64,000 bases of DNA from Clostridia bacterium. GTDB lineage: Bacteria > Bacillota > Clostridia > Oscillospirales > CAG-272. The notes below the pieces were generated by a model. It had not been told where the DNA came from. It searched no databases and saw only the letters and a program-made list of their open reading frames with translations. Numbering within the stretch: the stretch's first letter is position 1; every line of letters begins with the position of its first letter. Below are positions 30,063 to 39,095 of this stretch, in pieces. The stretch spans positions 1 through 64,000 of the forward strand of contig JAFSYU010000020.1 in NCBI GenBank assembly GCA_017443595.1. Reading direction: 5' to 3'. The translations under genes were made by a program, and so were the position numbers.

Positions 30063-32258
30063 TTATTCCGACGTCACGAGCCTTTTGTACGCGCCGTCAA
30101 GAGCCATAAGCTGTTCGTGCGTACCGCGCTCCACGACCTTGCCGTGATCTAAAACGACTATCTCGTCACAGTCACGTATAGTTGAGAGCCTGTGAGCTAT
30201 AACGATGCAGGTTATGCCGCGGTTCTTAATGGAATTCACCACTTCGTACTCTGTTTTGGCGTCAAGCGCGCTTGTCGCCTCGTCAAGTATGATTACAGTG
30301 GGATCCTGCGCAAGAACGCGCGCGATCTCTATACGCTGACGCTGACCGCCGGAGAAATCCTTGCCGCCTTCCGTCAGTACGTACTGGTATCCGCCCTCAC
30401 GCTGTATTATATCCTCATGTATCTGAGCGTCGCGCGCGGCAAGAACTACCTCAAAATCTTCTATTGAATTGTCCCACATTTTTATATTGTTGGATATCGT
30501 GTCTTCAAAAAGGATGATATCCTGATCCACAACGGCTACCGAACCGGTGAACACGCTGCGGTCTATCCGGGAGATCGTTTTGCCGTCAAAGAGTATTTCC
30601 CCACTCCACGGCTGATAAAGTCCGGATATGAGTTTTGATAACGTGGATTTTCCGCAGCCGGACATTCCGACGAACGCCACGCGCTGCCCCTGTTTAAGGT
30701 CAAGGCTGAAATCCTCTATGAGCGGCGCTTCAAGCCGCGAATATCCGAACGTCACGTTCTTCATCTGAAGCGAACCGGAAAGCTTGTCAAAGCCGTCTTC
30801 TTCTCCGTCTGCGCCGTGCTCCTTACTGTTGTGTGCAAATACGGGATCCTCCGGATATTCCATAACGTCTTCTATACGCTCCATTGACGTTCTCATCTCC
30901 TGCATCGTCTGTCCGGCGGAGATAAGATCTGCCGCGGGAGCTATGAACGAGGCGAGAAATCCCTGGAACGCGAATATCATACCGGGTGTAAACTTGCCGA
31001 TCATCACAAGCCATACGCCGAGGATAAGGACCGCCGTGTTCATTATGCCGGAGATCAAAGACGGGATCATTCCGAGATACTGATTTATACGTTCAAAACG
31101 TACTTTCTGCGTATTGACAGACGCCTGGTATCCGGACCATTTTTCAAAATAGCCGTTTTCCGCGCCGCTTGCCTTTATAGTCTCTATCATTTCCACGCCG
31201 GATACGGTGGCGGCAACGAGCTTACCGCTGTCGCGCATCATAACGCGCGTGATGTTCACACGTTTTTTAGATATGTACCGCGAGATCAAAAGCTGAAAGA
31301 TAACGGACGCGACGCCTACGAGCGTGAGTATCCATGAATATCTGATCATGACCGCGAGATAGAAGATCATCATCACCGTGTTCAGTGCGAGCGGTGCGAG
31401 AGTGTTCACTATCTCACCGGCGATATCGGCGTTCAGTTCTTTGCGCTGCTGTATATCGCCCGCCATACGCTGTGAGAAAAACTCCATGGGCAGACGGAGC
31501 ACTTTCCACATATACGTGCTGTTTCCGACGACCGCCATTTTGCCGTCGAGCTTGAGAGAGTATATCGCGTTTATCCAGTTCGCAATAAGCTGAATTACCG
31601 CTATTATGCTCAGACCGACAAAAAACGGTATGAACCAGCCCGGCTGATTCTGCGTCAGAAGTTCGTCTAAGAAAACGCGCGAAAATCCGGCTGATACTAT
31701 TCCTACGAGAGTTGAGATCACGGAGGTTATTATAACAAACGCCACAGCGCCGCCGGCGCCGCGCAGTCTCTTTTTCGTAAAGCTCATTATGCGCTTAGGC
31801 TCTCCGCCCGGCTCAAACTCTTCTCCGGGTTCTATCATAAGGCAGATGCCGGTAAAGCTCTCGTCAAATTTTTCAAGCGTTACGGTATAATCTCCCCTTG
31901 CCGGATCGTTCAAATACACCTTGTTGCCGCGGAATCCGTCGCATACTACAAAGTGGTTGAATTCCCAGTGGATAATGCACGGGAACGTTCCTTTTGCACG
32001 GAGCGTCTCCGGCTCAAAACGGTATCCCTTAGCCGTAAAGCCGTAGTTTCTCGCCGCTTTGAGGATATTGCCCGCCTTGCTGCCGTCACGCGAGACTCCG
32101 CAGTCACGTCTGACCTGTTCAAGCGGCACCCATTTGTTGTAATACGCCATGACCATACACAGGCAGGCGGCGCCGCATTCAAGCGCCTCCATCTGCATGA
32201 TCACAGGTACTTTAGCCCTGCCTTTTGTGACAGGCTGATTTATATTCTTTTTGCTCAT
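30063..32258 (-). CDS. Peptidase-containing ABC transporter (PCAT) with C39 double-glycine peptidase, permease and ATPase domains
   Basis: 731 aa. The C39 motif is QMEALECGAACLCMVMAYY. A permease and an ABC ATPase (GMSGCGKST, LSGGQRQR) follow. Confidence 0.85.
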   Translation of the reverse strand: MSKKNINQPVTKGRAKVPVIMQMEALECGAACLCMVMAYYNKWVPLEQVRRDCGVSRDGSKAGNILKAARNYGFTAKGYRFEPETLRAKGTFPCIIHWEFNHFVVCDGFRGNKVYLNDPARGDYTVTLEKFDESFTGICLMIEPGEEFEPGGEPKRIMSFTKKRLRGAGGAVAFVIITSVISTLVGIVSAGFSRVFLDELLTQNQPGWFIPFFVGLSIIAVIQLIANWINAIYSLKLDGKMAVVGNSTYMWKVLRLPMEFFSQRMAGDIQQRKELNADIAGEIVNTLAPLALNTVMMIFYLAVMIRYSWILTLVGVASVIFQLLISRYISKKRVNITRVMMRDSGKLVAATVSGVEMIETIKASGAENGYFEKWSGYQASVNTQKVRFERINQYLGMIPSLISGIMNTAVLILGVWLVMIGKFTPGMIFAFQGFLASFIAPAADLISAGQTMQEMRTSMERIEDVMEYPEDPVFAHNSKEHGADGEEDGFDKLSGSLQMKNVTFGYSRLEAPLIEDFSLDLKQGQRVAFVGMSGCGKSTLSKLISGLYQPWSGEILFDGKTISRIDRSVFTGSVAVVDQDIILFEDTISNNIKMWDNSIEDFEVVLAARDAQIHEDIIQREGGYQYVLTEGGKDFSGGQRQRIEIARVLAQDPTVIILDEATSALDAKTEYEVVNSIKNRGITCIVIAHRLSTIRDCDEIVVLDHGKVVERGTHEQLMALDGAYKRLVTSE

Positions 32259-32271
32259 AATATATAAACCG

Positions 32272-32532
32272 TCAATTTATTACGTACGTGATAGGAGCGA
32301 CCTCTTTTACGCTGCCGTCGGCATCTTTTACCTCAACTCTGCCGAAAATGCTCCACGTCAGCATACCGATAAGCAGTATCAAAAGCGCAAGAAGCACGAT
32401 CCATACAGAAGGAGAAGTGACTCGGATATAGTCGTTAAGCGACTCCGGGCTTGTTACCTGTTTGATGCTCTTTTCTCTGAAAATGCTGTTTTTTGACTGA
32501 TCTTCCGACATTTTATATCCCTCCCAAATCAT
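32272..32532 (-). pseudogene. HlyD-family NHLM secretion protein reduced to its N-terminal membrane-anchor fragment
   Basis: 86 aa (…SPESLNDYIRVTSPSVWIVLLALLILLIGMLTWSIFGRV…) matches only the N-terminal ~80 aa of periplasmic adaptor proteins that normally run to about 400 aa. Confidence 0.5.
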
Positions 32533-33217
32533 TTTTTACAAAAGCGTAGAATTTTGCGCGTATATCCTTTGCCTGATCACGGCGTAAAAGATACGTTTTA
32601 CCGTCTCTGCTCATACAGTCTTTATATGTCATTCTTGATATATGGTTCATATTAAGCGTGACGCCCTTTTTGATCTGAAGAAAGGAATCGTCAAGCAGCT
32701 CGTCTATCTCTTTAAACGGTTTCCTTATGGAATACACGGTATTGTTGCTGCAGGTGATCTCCGTGTTGTGGCCGTGTCCCTCCACGCGTATGATCTCATC
32801 CTGATAAAGTACGTTGATGACCCGGTCTATCCGTACCGTCAGCGTATGACGCGGTTCCGTCTTTGTCTGCAGGCGGCGGAAGACCTCAACTATGTCTTCC
32901 TGCGACACGGGCTTGACAAGATAATGCACGGCGTCTACGGAAAAAGCATCCACCGCGTGTTCCCGGCTGCTTGTGATAAAAGCCACCGGCGTGTGCGGAC
33001 AGACAGCCTTCATCTGTTTGGCGATCTCTATACCGTTTTCCTCTTTCATGTAAACGTCGCAAAGGAGCAGATCGTAAACGGCGCCGTCCCCGGCTGCTTT
33101 CAGCAGGTCCCTGCCTTCCGAAAACCGGTCAATACGGTAATTGCCGGAAATATTGAAGATCATTTCCTGCAGATTGTATACTTCTTCATTGTCATCATTC
33201 AAAATGGCAATATGCAA
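32513..33217 (-). CDS. LytTR-family response regulator (REC + LytTR DNA-binding domain)
   Basis: 234 aa. The receiver domain has the LLLCDVYM phospho-acceptor-Asp context, and a C-terminal LytTR domain follows. No cognate histidine kinase lies in the window. Confidence 0.8.
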   Translation of the reverse strand: MHIAILNDDNEEVYNLQEMIFNISGNYRIDRFSEGRDLLKAAGDGAVYDLLLCDVYMKEENGIEIAKQMKAVCPHTPVAFITSSREHAVDAFSVDAVHYLVKPVSQEDIVEVFRRLQTKTEPRHTLTVRIDRVINVLYQDEIIRVEGHGHNTEITCSNNTVYSIRKPFKEIDELLDDSFLQIKKGVTLNMNHISRMTYKDCMSRDGKTYLLRRDQAKDIRAKFYAFVKNDLGGI

Positions 33218-33284
33218 TTCCGATCGTCTCCTTTAATTTAATTATAATATACGATTATATAGTATTATTACCATATTTCAAGAG

Positions 33285-33329
33285 AAACGGCACAACCGGT
33301 AGTAAAAAACGGCACAAGTGGTAATAAAA
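33285..33329. promoter_or_regulatory. Pair of 22-bp-phased direct repeats, a candidate LytTR binding site upstream of the regulator gene
   Basis: AAACGGCACAACCGGTAGTAAAA and AAACGGCACAAGTGGTAATAAAA. The ACGGCACAA cores are 22 bp apart, and the pair sits about 68-112 bp upstream of the start codon. Confidence 0.5.
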
Positions 33330-33559
33330 TAAGGTATTATACGTAATATTGTCGATTTAAAAAGCAAAATAAAAGCCGATATTTGACGGTATTGCTATAG
33401 CGGCGCCTTTTCGTGCAGATCCGCTTCGCTTGCCCGCGGGCAAGCTTCACTTTGCTTCACGTCCCGCCCCGGAAAAACACCTGACCAAACAAAAGCGCCG
33501 GGAGCATATAAGTCACCCGACGCGCGTTTTGGGTTTACGTAAAGCCCCGTGCCGGGGTA

Positions 33560-34729
33560 TTATTCCGTCTGTCCCGACGGAACCGTTATATCCGTTTCAC
33601 GCGGAAGCGGTTTTCCCAAAGTCGGGACGTTGTTTTCATCAAACTCAATTTTTTGTATATAAGCGTATCTGCCTTCCACGCCGGCATCCGGCGCCGCCAT
33701 CCCGTGATACGACATCCACACCTCGGACCCGTCCGGCGAATAAAAGAACGCGCAGTGACCCGGAGCGTAGACTCCGTTTGCCGAACTGAATATCGGCTCT
33801 TTGCTCTTTTTCCAGTTGTCCGGGTCCAAAAAATTCTTTTTCGTCGTGTCTTCCCCGACGTAATGAAGCATTCCGAGACAGTAGTATTCGCTCCAGCAGC
33901 CGCTTGCGGAATAAATCAGATATATTTCTCCGTTATGCTTTAAAAATACGGGTCCCTCGTTTACTCTGCCGTCGTTATCCTTGTCCGTTCCTCTTTGCTC
34001 CCAGTCGTACTGCGGATACGTTATCCTTACGCGCTTTGTGCCGACTTTCCACGGACTTGACATATCGGCAAGCATAACGACCTGTCCTTTATCTTCCGAA
34101 AAATAGCAGAAGGCCGTATATATATTGCCGCTCTCCTCGTCGTAATATACCGTCTGGTCTATACAGATCTGATTTGCCAGCGTCTGTCCCTTGAAATGAT
34201 AATCGCCGAAAGGATCGCCGTCTTCCGATTCAAGGCACAGCATACGCATAGATCCGAAATCATAGCCGTTTGTGCACGCGCACGTATAAACGTACCATTT
34301 ATCCTCAGTAGGCATATAATGCAGCTCCGGCGCCCAGACGTTAAAGCCCAGAGTCCGGCTGCCGCCTATGCTGTCCCCTGTCTTTATAAGATCTTTATAT
34401 TCGCCGTTTATAAAAAGATCTTCGACCGTCCTGCTCCTGTAAAGCCGTACCTGTACGACCTCCGTTGCAAGACCGTAATAATATCCGTTGTGATAAACTA
34501 TAAAAGGATCCGGCATTGATTTGTCCGATATGGGATTGTTGAACGTTTTCAACGTCTTCTGCTCCTTTTCCGTTTCGGCTTCTGTCTCAGTCTCCGTTTC
34601 CGTCGTTTCTTCCGTCTGTTTATCGGTGATCTGTTCAGTCACGGTTCCCGTCTGCTCCGGCTGCGGTACGCACGAGCATAAAAGAAGTGCTGTCAGAAGC
34701 GCCGCCGCGGCTCTTACCGTTTTTTTCAT
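33560..34729 (-). CDS. Glycoside hydrolase family 43 lipoprotein
   Basis: 389 aa. A lipoprotein signal peptide (LLCSC) is followed by a GH43 beta-propeller. Confidence 0.7.
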   Translation of the reverse strand: MKKTVRAAAALLTALLLCSCVPQPEQTGTVTEQITDKQTEETTETETETEAETEKEQKTLKTFNNPISDKSMPDPFIVYHNGYYYGLATEVVQVRLYRSRTVEDLFINGEYKDLIKTGDSIGGSRTLGFNVWAPELHYMPTEDKWYVYTCACTNGYDFGSMRMLCLESEDGDPFGDYHFKGQTLANQICIDQTVYYDEESGNIYTAFCYFSEDKGQVVMLADMSSPWKVGTKRVRITYPQYDWEQRGTDKDNDGRVNEGPVFLKHNGEIYLIYSASGCWSEYYCLGMLHYVGEDTTKKNFLDPDNWKKSKEPIFSSANGVYAPGHCAFFYSPDGSEVWMSYHGMAAPDAGVEGRYAYIQKIEFDENNVPTLGKPLPRETDITVPSGQTE

Positions 34730-34730
34730 T

Positions 34731-34910
34731 TCAGTTCTCCTTAACTGTCCATTCCTCTAATTCTTGTTTTGTGATATTCATTTTGGTAATAAGACCGTTA
34801 TAACTTATGTCGTATTGTTCTTTACTTATTGCGCCGTGTTCTTTGAGCGTGTCAAGTGTGTGTATCTGTTTTAAAAACAGGAATTTCTTTTGTTCATCCG
34901 TCATATCCAT
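34731..34910 (-). CDS. Small SHOCT-like protein, a 57-aa ORF below the 60-aa cutoff of the supplied ORF track
   Basis: MDMTDEQKKFLFLKQIHTLDTLKEHGAISKEQYDISYNGLITKMNITKQELEEWTVKEN. The LKEHGAISKEQYD segment is a SHOCT-like motif. Its stop lies 2 nt before the GH43 start. Confidence 0.3.
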   Translation of the reverse strand: MDMTDEQKKFLFLKQIHTLDTLKEHGAISKEQYDISYNGLITKMNITKQELEEWTVKEN

Positions 34911-35745
34911 CGTACCCGTCTAAATAATTGTGGTATTCGCCGCCTGATTTATACCCCGGGAACGTGTCAAGACAAACGGCGTGTATGCTGTTGAAAATGC
35001 TTTTTTCCACGTTCGGATCGTTCTCGCACAGTTTTTTTATAAGCAGTTTTACTTCAAGCCGCTTTGATTCGCCCACGTCAACGGCGCTTCTCTCCGTCAT
35101 TTTACACGCGCAGCGTATGAAATCGAGCCCGTTGTACTTAGCCCATGAGATTATATCGTCCTCGCGCACGCAGTAAAGCGGGCGAATAAGCTCCATTCCC
35201 TCAAAATTGGTGCTGTGAAGCTTCGGCAGCATAGCCTGGAGCTGCGAGCCGTAGAGCATTGCCATAACGGTAGTTTCAATAACGTCGTTCAAATGGTGTC
35301 CGAGCGCTATTTTGTTGCACCCGAGCTCTTTTGCCTTTGCGTAAAGATGGCCGCGGCGCATACGCGCGCAGAGATAACACGGCGTTTTGTCGACGGAATC
35401 CGCAACTGCAAATATATCGCTTTCAAATATCCTTGCCGGGATATTCAGTTTTTTTGCGTTATTTTCTATCTTTTTTCTGTTTGCTTCACTGTAACCGGGA
35501 TCCATTATAAGAAATTCAAGCTCAAACGGTATCTCGCTGTATCTTTGCAGCATCTGTAAAAGCTTTGCCATAAGCATGGAATCCTTACCGCCGGAGATGC
35601 AGGCGGCAATTTTGTCTTTGGGCTTTATAAGCTCGTATCTTTTAACCGCTTCAACGAACGGATTCCAGAGCTGTTTTCTGTATTTTTTGTTTATGCTGCG
35701 CTCGGCTTGCTGATAAAATTCAAGCTCTTTACCCATTTTTAACAC
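34894..35745 (-). CDS. ttcA: tRNA 2-thiocytidine(32) synthetase TtcA
   Basis: 283 aa with the PP-loop SGGKDS and the CxxC motifs of the TtcA family. Confidence 0.8.
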   Translation of the reverse strand: MLKMGKELEFYQQAERSINKKYRKQLWNPFVEAVKRYELIKPKDKIAACISGGKDSMLMAKLLQMLQRYSEIPFELEFLIMDPGYSEANRKKIENNAKKLNIPARIFESDIFAVADSVDKTPCYLCARMRRGHLYAKAKELGCNKIALGHHLNDVIETTVMAMLYGSQLQAMLPKLHSTNFEGMELIRPLYCVREDDIISWAKYNGLDFIRCACKMTERSAVDVGESKRLEVKLLIKKLCENDPNVEKSIFNSIHAVCLDTFPGYKSGGEYHNYLDGYDGYDG

Positions 35746-36445
35746 CCGTTATATCCTTTATCACCTCGCCGGAGATAATGTATCCGGCGACTGTCGGCAC
35801 GAACGAAACGCTGCCCGGCACGGCTTTGCCGGCAGTCCCGTCGTATTCGCCGGTCTTTATCGGCGGCTCTTTTGAGTATACGACTTTCAAATTTTTCACG
35901 CCGCGCTTTTTAAGCTCCGCGCGCATCACGCGGGCAAGCGGGCAGACGGAGGTTTTATAAATATCAGCCACCTCAAACGCGGTCGGATCGAGTTTGTTGC
36001 CCGCGCCCATGCTGCTGATTACCGGCACGTTTGCCTCTTTTGCTTTCATTATTATGCCTATTTTGCCCGTAACCGTGTCTATCGCGTCTATAACGTAATC
36101 GTACTTTGAAAAATCAAAACCGCCATCCGTTTCCGGACAGAAAAACACTTTATGCAGATTTAAAACAACGTCCGGGTTTATGTCTTTGAAACGCTTTGCC
36201 GCCGCTTCGACTTTCGGCACACCCACGGTCGAATGAGTCGCTATTATCTGGCGGTTTATGTTCGACTCGCTTACGACGTCGTTATCAATAAGATCGAGCG
36301 TGCCGACTCCGCATCTCACAAGCGCCTCGGCGGCGTTGCCGCCCACACCGCCTATACCGAATACGGCGACGCGGCTGTTTTTCAGTTTTTCCAACGCTTC
36401 TTTGCCTAAAAGAAGCTCGGTTCTTTCAAATATGTAAGACATCAT
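35729..36445 (-). CDS. tcdA: tRNA threonylcarbamoyladenosine dehydratase (ThiF/MoeB-like TcdA/CsdL)
   Basis: 238 aa with the Rossmann motif VAVFGIGGVGG and a ThiF-family fold. Confidence 0.75.
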   Translation of the reverse strand: MMSYIFERTELLLGKEALEKLKNSRVAVFGIGGVGGNAAEALVRCGVGTLDLIDNDVVSESNINRQIIATHSTVGVPKVEAAAKRFKDINPDVVLNLHKVFFCPETDGGFDFSKYDYVIDAIDTVTGKIGIIMKAKEANVPVISSMGAGNKLDPTAFEVADIYKTSVCPLARVMRAELKKRGVKNLKVVYSKEPPIKTGEYDGTAGKAVPGSVSFVPTVAGYIISGEVIKDITGVKNG

Positions 36446-37200
36446 TTATCCCTTTGCAGAAATTCAAACACGCGGTTTTTGTAATCCGGCGCCTCGTCAA
36501 ACACGGTGTGGCCGTACGGCGGCCCGTACATATAAAGCTCACAGCCGATTTTCATCGCTATATCGACGGACGCTTCCGGCGGCAGTATTTTGTCTTCCGA
36601 GCTGCCTAAAACGAGCGTAGGGCATTTTATCTCGCCTAACCTGTCGGATACGTCAAACCCGTCGGACGCGTTGTATAACAGCTCAAACCGTTTCAGTTCT
36701 TCTTCGCTGAGTTCTATATGCGGTACTTTCATCCCTGCCGCCTGCGCGACGCCGTCGGAATAAAGCACAGCCATAAAATTATTTATTTTTTCTTTTATAT
36801 CGCCGCCCGCAAACGCCGGCCCGGATATCATTTTAGGCGCGGTGGAACATAAAACGAGTTTTTCGACAAGGTCGGGATGATCGAGTGCAAACTGCTGCGC
36901 CGCCATTCCGCCCTGCGACACGCCGAAAATGCACGCTTTTTCGATCCCGAGTGCGTTCATCACAGCCGCGGTATCCTCCGCCATATCTTTTATGCTGTAG
37001 CCGTCAGACAAATTAAGCCGTCTGTCAAGCAGATAAACGGTATAGTCGTTTGTAAATACGGAATAAGCCGCCGCTATCGACGCCTCGTATACAAGCACGC
37101 TTTTTACGCTCAGCCCCGGCAGGATGACAAGCGCCTTATCGCCCGTGCCGAATTTTATATACTGCAGATGCAGTTCGTTTGTTTTAACGGTATGGATCAT
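36442..37200 (-). CDS. Alpha/beta-hydrolase fold protein
   Basis: 252 aa with the nucleophile elbow GVSQGG. Confidence 0.65.
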   Translation of the reverse strand: MIHTVKTNELHLQYIKFGTGDKALVILPGLSVKSVLVYEASIAAAYSVFTNDYTVYLLDRRLNLSDGYSIKDMAEDTAAVMNALGIEKACIFGVSQGGMAAQQFALDHPDLVEKLVLCSTAPKMISGPAFAGGDIKEKINNFMAVLYSDGVAQAAGMKVPHIELSEEELKRFELLYNASDGFDVSDRLGEIKCPTLVLGSSEDKILPPEASVDIAMKIGCELYMYGPPYGHTVFDEAPDYKNRVFEFLQRDK

Positions 37201-37299
37201 AACAGCTCCGTATGGATTTGATAACCGAATTATATACTATTTGCGCGTAAATATCAATATGTTTTATGAAAATTATTATGCAGAAAATAATAAGCGCGC

Positions 37300-37650
37300 G
37301 GGTGTGAGGGGGGACACACCGCGCGCGGCTAAAGCCGCAAAAGCCCCGAGTATTCGGGGGGAGGCGGGGGTTTGGGGGTGGATAGGGGGGGTGGCCCGGG
37401 GTTCCCCAAAAACGAGGAACGAGTTTTTGGGGGTTCACGGGCGGGGGAATCCACAAAGCGCCGGGTGAGGGGTTCCCAGTTGCGAACAGAGTGAGCAACG
37501 GGGGTTCCCGGAACGGCGCACAGATCGTCGCGACAGCGACACCGATTTTTATTATTTATTATTTCTTCTTTATTCTTTATTCTTTAAGACGGACGACCAA
37601 TGGTCGCCCCTACATTGATTTATTTAAAACGGCGGAGACCAAGCCCCGCC
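37300..37650 (+). repeat. Copy 3 of the mosaic repeat family
   Basis: The core GGGGTTCCCAGTTGCGAACAGAGTGAGCAACGGGGGTTCCCG, GTCGCGACAGCGAC, the AT-rich module and the CGACCAATGGTCGCCCCTAC module are present in a different order from copy 2. Confidence 0.75.
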
Positions 37651-37666
37651 GTGAATTCATTTATTT

Positions 37667-39076
37667 TTATTTCGCCGTGTAGAACGCCACGACGGCTTTA
37701 TGCATATTGTAAACGTCAAATTTTGATACCACCTCGTACGGCGCGTGCATCGATATTACCGGAACGCCGACGTCGACTGTGTCTATGTTCTTTTCCGATA
37801 TAAACTTTGCGACCGTTCCGCCGCCGCCCTGATCTACCTTGCCGAGCTCGGCCGTCTGCCATACGACGCCCGCGTCGTCAAAAATCTTTCTTATCCTGCC
37901 TACGTATTCGCCCGACGCGTCGTTGGTGCTCGATTTGCCGCCGCCGCCCGTGTATTTGCAGAGCGCAATGCCGCAGTTGATTATTGCCGAGTTGTTTATC
38001 TCGTAAGCTCCGGCAAAGTTCGGATCGTACGCCGCGGAAACGTCCGCGGACAGACAAACTGAATTCGCGCGGACGATGCGCTCGCTTTTGCCTAATGCTT
38101 CGCAAATATCGGCTATTATATCGCAGAACGCGCTTGTTTTCATACCGGTGTTGCCGTCAGATCCGGTCTCTTCCTTATCCGCAAGTATGCTCATAACGGT
38201 CTTTTTCGGTTTATTAAGCGACAGTATCGCCGTGATCTCGGGATACGCGCAGACTTTGTCGTCGTGTCCGTACGCGGCGATCAGCGATCTGTCAAGACCG
38301 ATGTCGCGCGCTTTCATAGCTGGAACGGCGCAGAGCTCGGCGGACTGGAAATCAGCCTCGGTCATGCCGTATTTTTCGTTAAGTAACCTGAGCAGATTCA
38401 GCTTTATCGCCTCCGGCGTTTCATTGTCGAAAGGCATGCTGCCGGATAACAGATTGAGCTGTTCGCCCTCTATAGCCGCGCCGAGATTCTTTGCGTACTG
38501 ATCGCGCGCGAGGTGCGGCAGTATGTCGTTTACGTAGAACAGCGGATCAGATTCGTCCTCGCCCAGTATGACGTCAACTGTCTTGCTGTCCGCAAGCGTC
38601 ACGGTGCCGTGAAGCGCAAGCGGTATTGCCGTCCACTGATATTTTTTAATGCCGCCGTAGTAGTGCGTCTTCATAAACGCCATTCCGCCCGCCTCGTATA
38701 CGGGATGAGCTTTAAGGTCAAGACGCGGAGAGTCTATATGCGCCGCCGTCAGAGCGATGCCTTTTTCTATATCCTCGCTTCCGATTATAAAGAAATATAC
38801 GCTTTTGCCGCGGTTGTTATAGTAGTATTTTTCCCCGGCTTTTACTTTTTTGCCGAATTTGTATTCTTTAAAGCCTTTTTTCTTTGCAAGAGCTATGGAG
38901 TAAGCGGACGCGTCTCTTTCCGTCTTTGCGTTGTCCAAGAATTTCTTGTAATCCTCGCAGTACGCAAACACGGCTTCTTTTTCATCCGGGCATTTTTCAA
39001 AAGCCGTTTTCTTTTTATAGACCAGCTTTTCCTTTAAAAGTTCGCCCTCTGATTTTTTCTTCTCGTTCTTTGGCAT
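37667..39076 (-). CDS. M18-family aminopeptidase
   Basis: 469 aa. The HIDSPRLDLK motif and overall similarity point to aspartyl/M18 aminopeptidases. Confidence 0.7.
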   Translation of the reverse strand: MPKNEKKKSEGELLKEKLVYKKKTAFEKCPDEKEAVFAYCEDYKKFLDNAKTERDASAYSIALAKKKGFKEYKFGKKVKAGEKYYYNNRGKSVYFFIIGSEDIEKGIALTAAHIDSPRLDLKAHPVYEAGGMAFMKTHYYGGIKKYQWTAIPLALHGTVTLADSKTVDVILGEDESDPLFYVNDILPHLARDQYAKNLGAAIEGEQLNLLSGSMPFDNETPEAIKLNLLRLLNEKYGMTEADFQSAELCAVPAMKARDIGLDRSLIAAYGHDDKVCAYPEITAILSLNKPKKTVMSILADKEETGSDGNTGMKTSAFCDIIADICEALGKSERIVRANSVCLSADVSAAYDPNFAGAYEINNSAIINCGIALCKYTGGGGKSSTNDASGEYVGRIRKIFDDAGVVWQTAELGKVDQGGGGTVAKFISEKNIDTVDVGVPVISMHAPYEVVSKFDVYNMHKAVVAFYTAK

Positions 39077-39095
39077 TATTTTACCCTTCCTTTAT

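Noticed and set aside
30063-32258. Possibility that the PCAT locus is a complete class II bacteriocin operon with an immunity protein and a histidine kinase
   Set aside because: No small hydrophobic immunity ORF and no HPK10-type kinase or pheromone gene could be identified between 25.6 and 33.3 kb. It is therefore reported as atypical rather than forced into a classical operon model.
37124-37803. ORFs 37124..37468, 37184..37498, 37491..37682 and 37600..37803 between the hydrolase and the aminopeptidase
   Set aside because: They overlap repeat copy 3, on both strands and in overlapping frames, and their composition is driven by the GC-rich hairpin modules.
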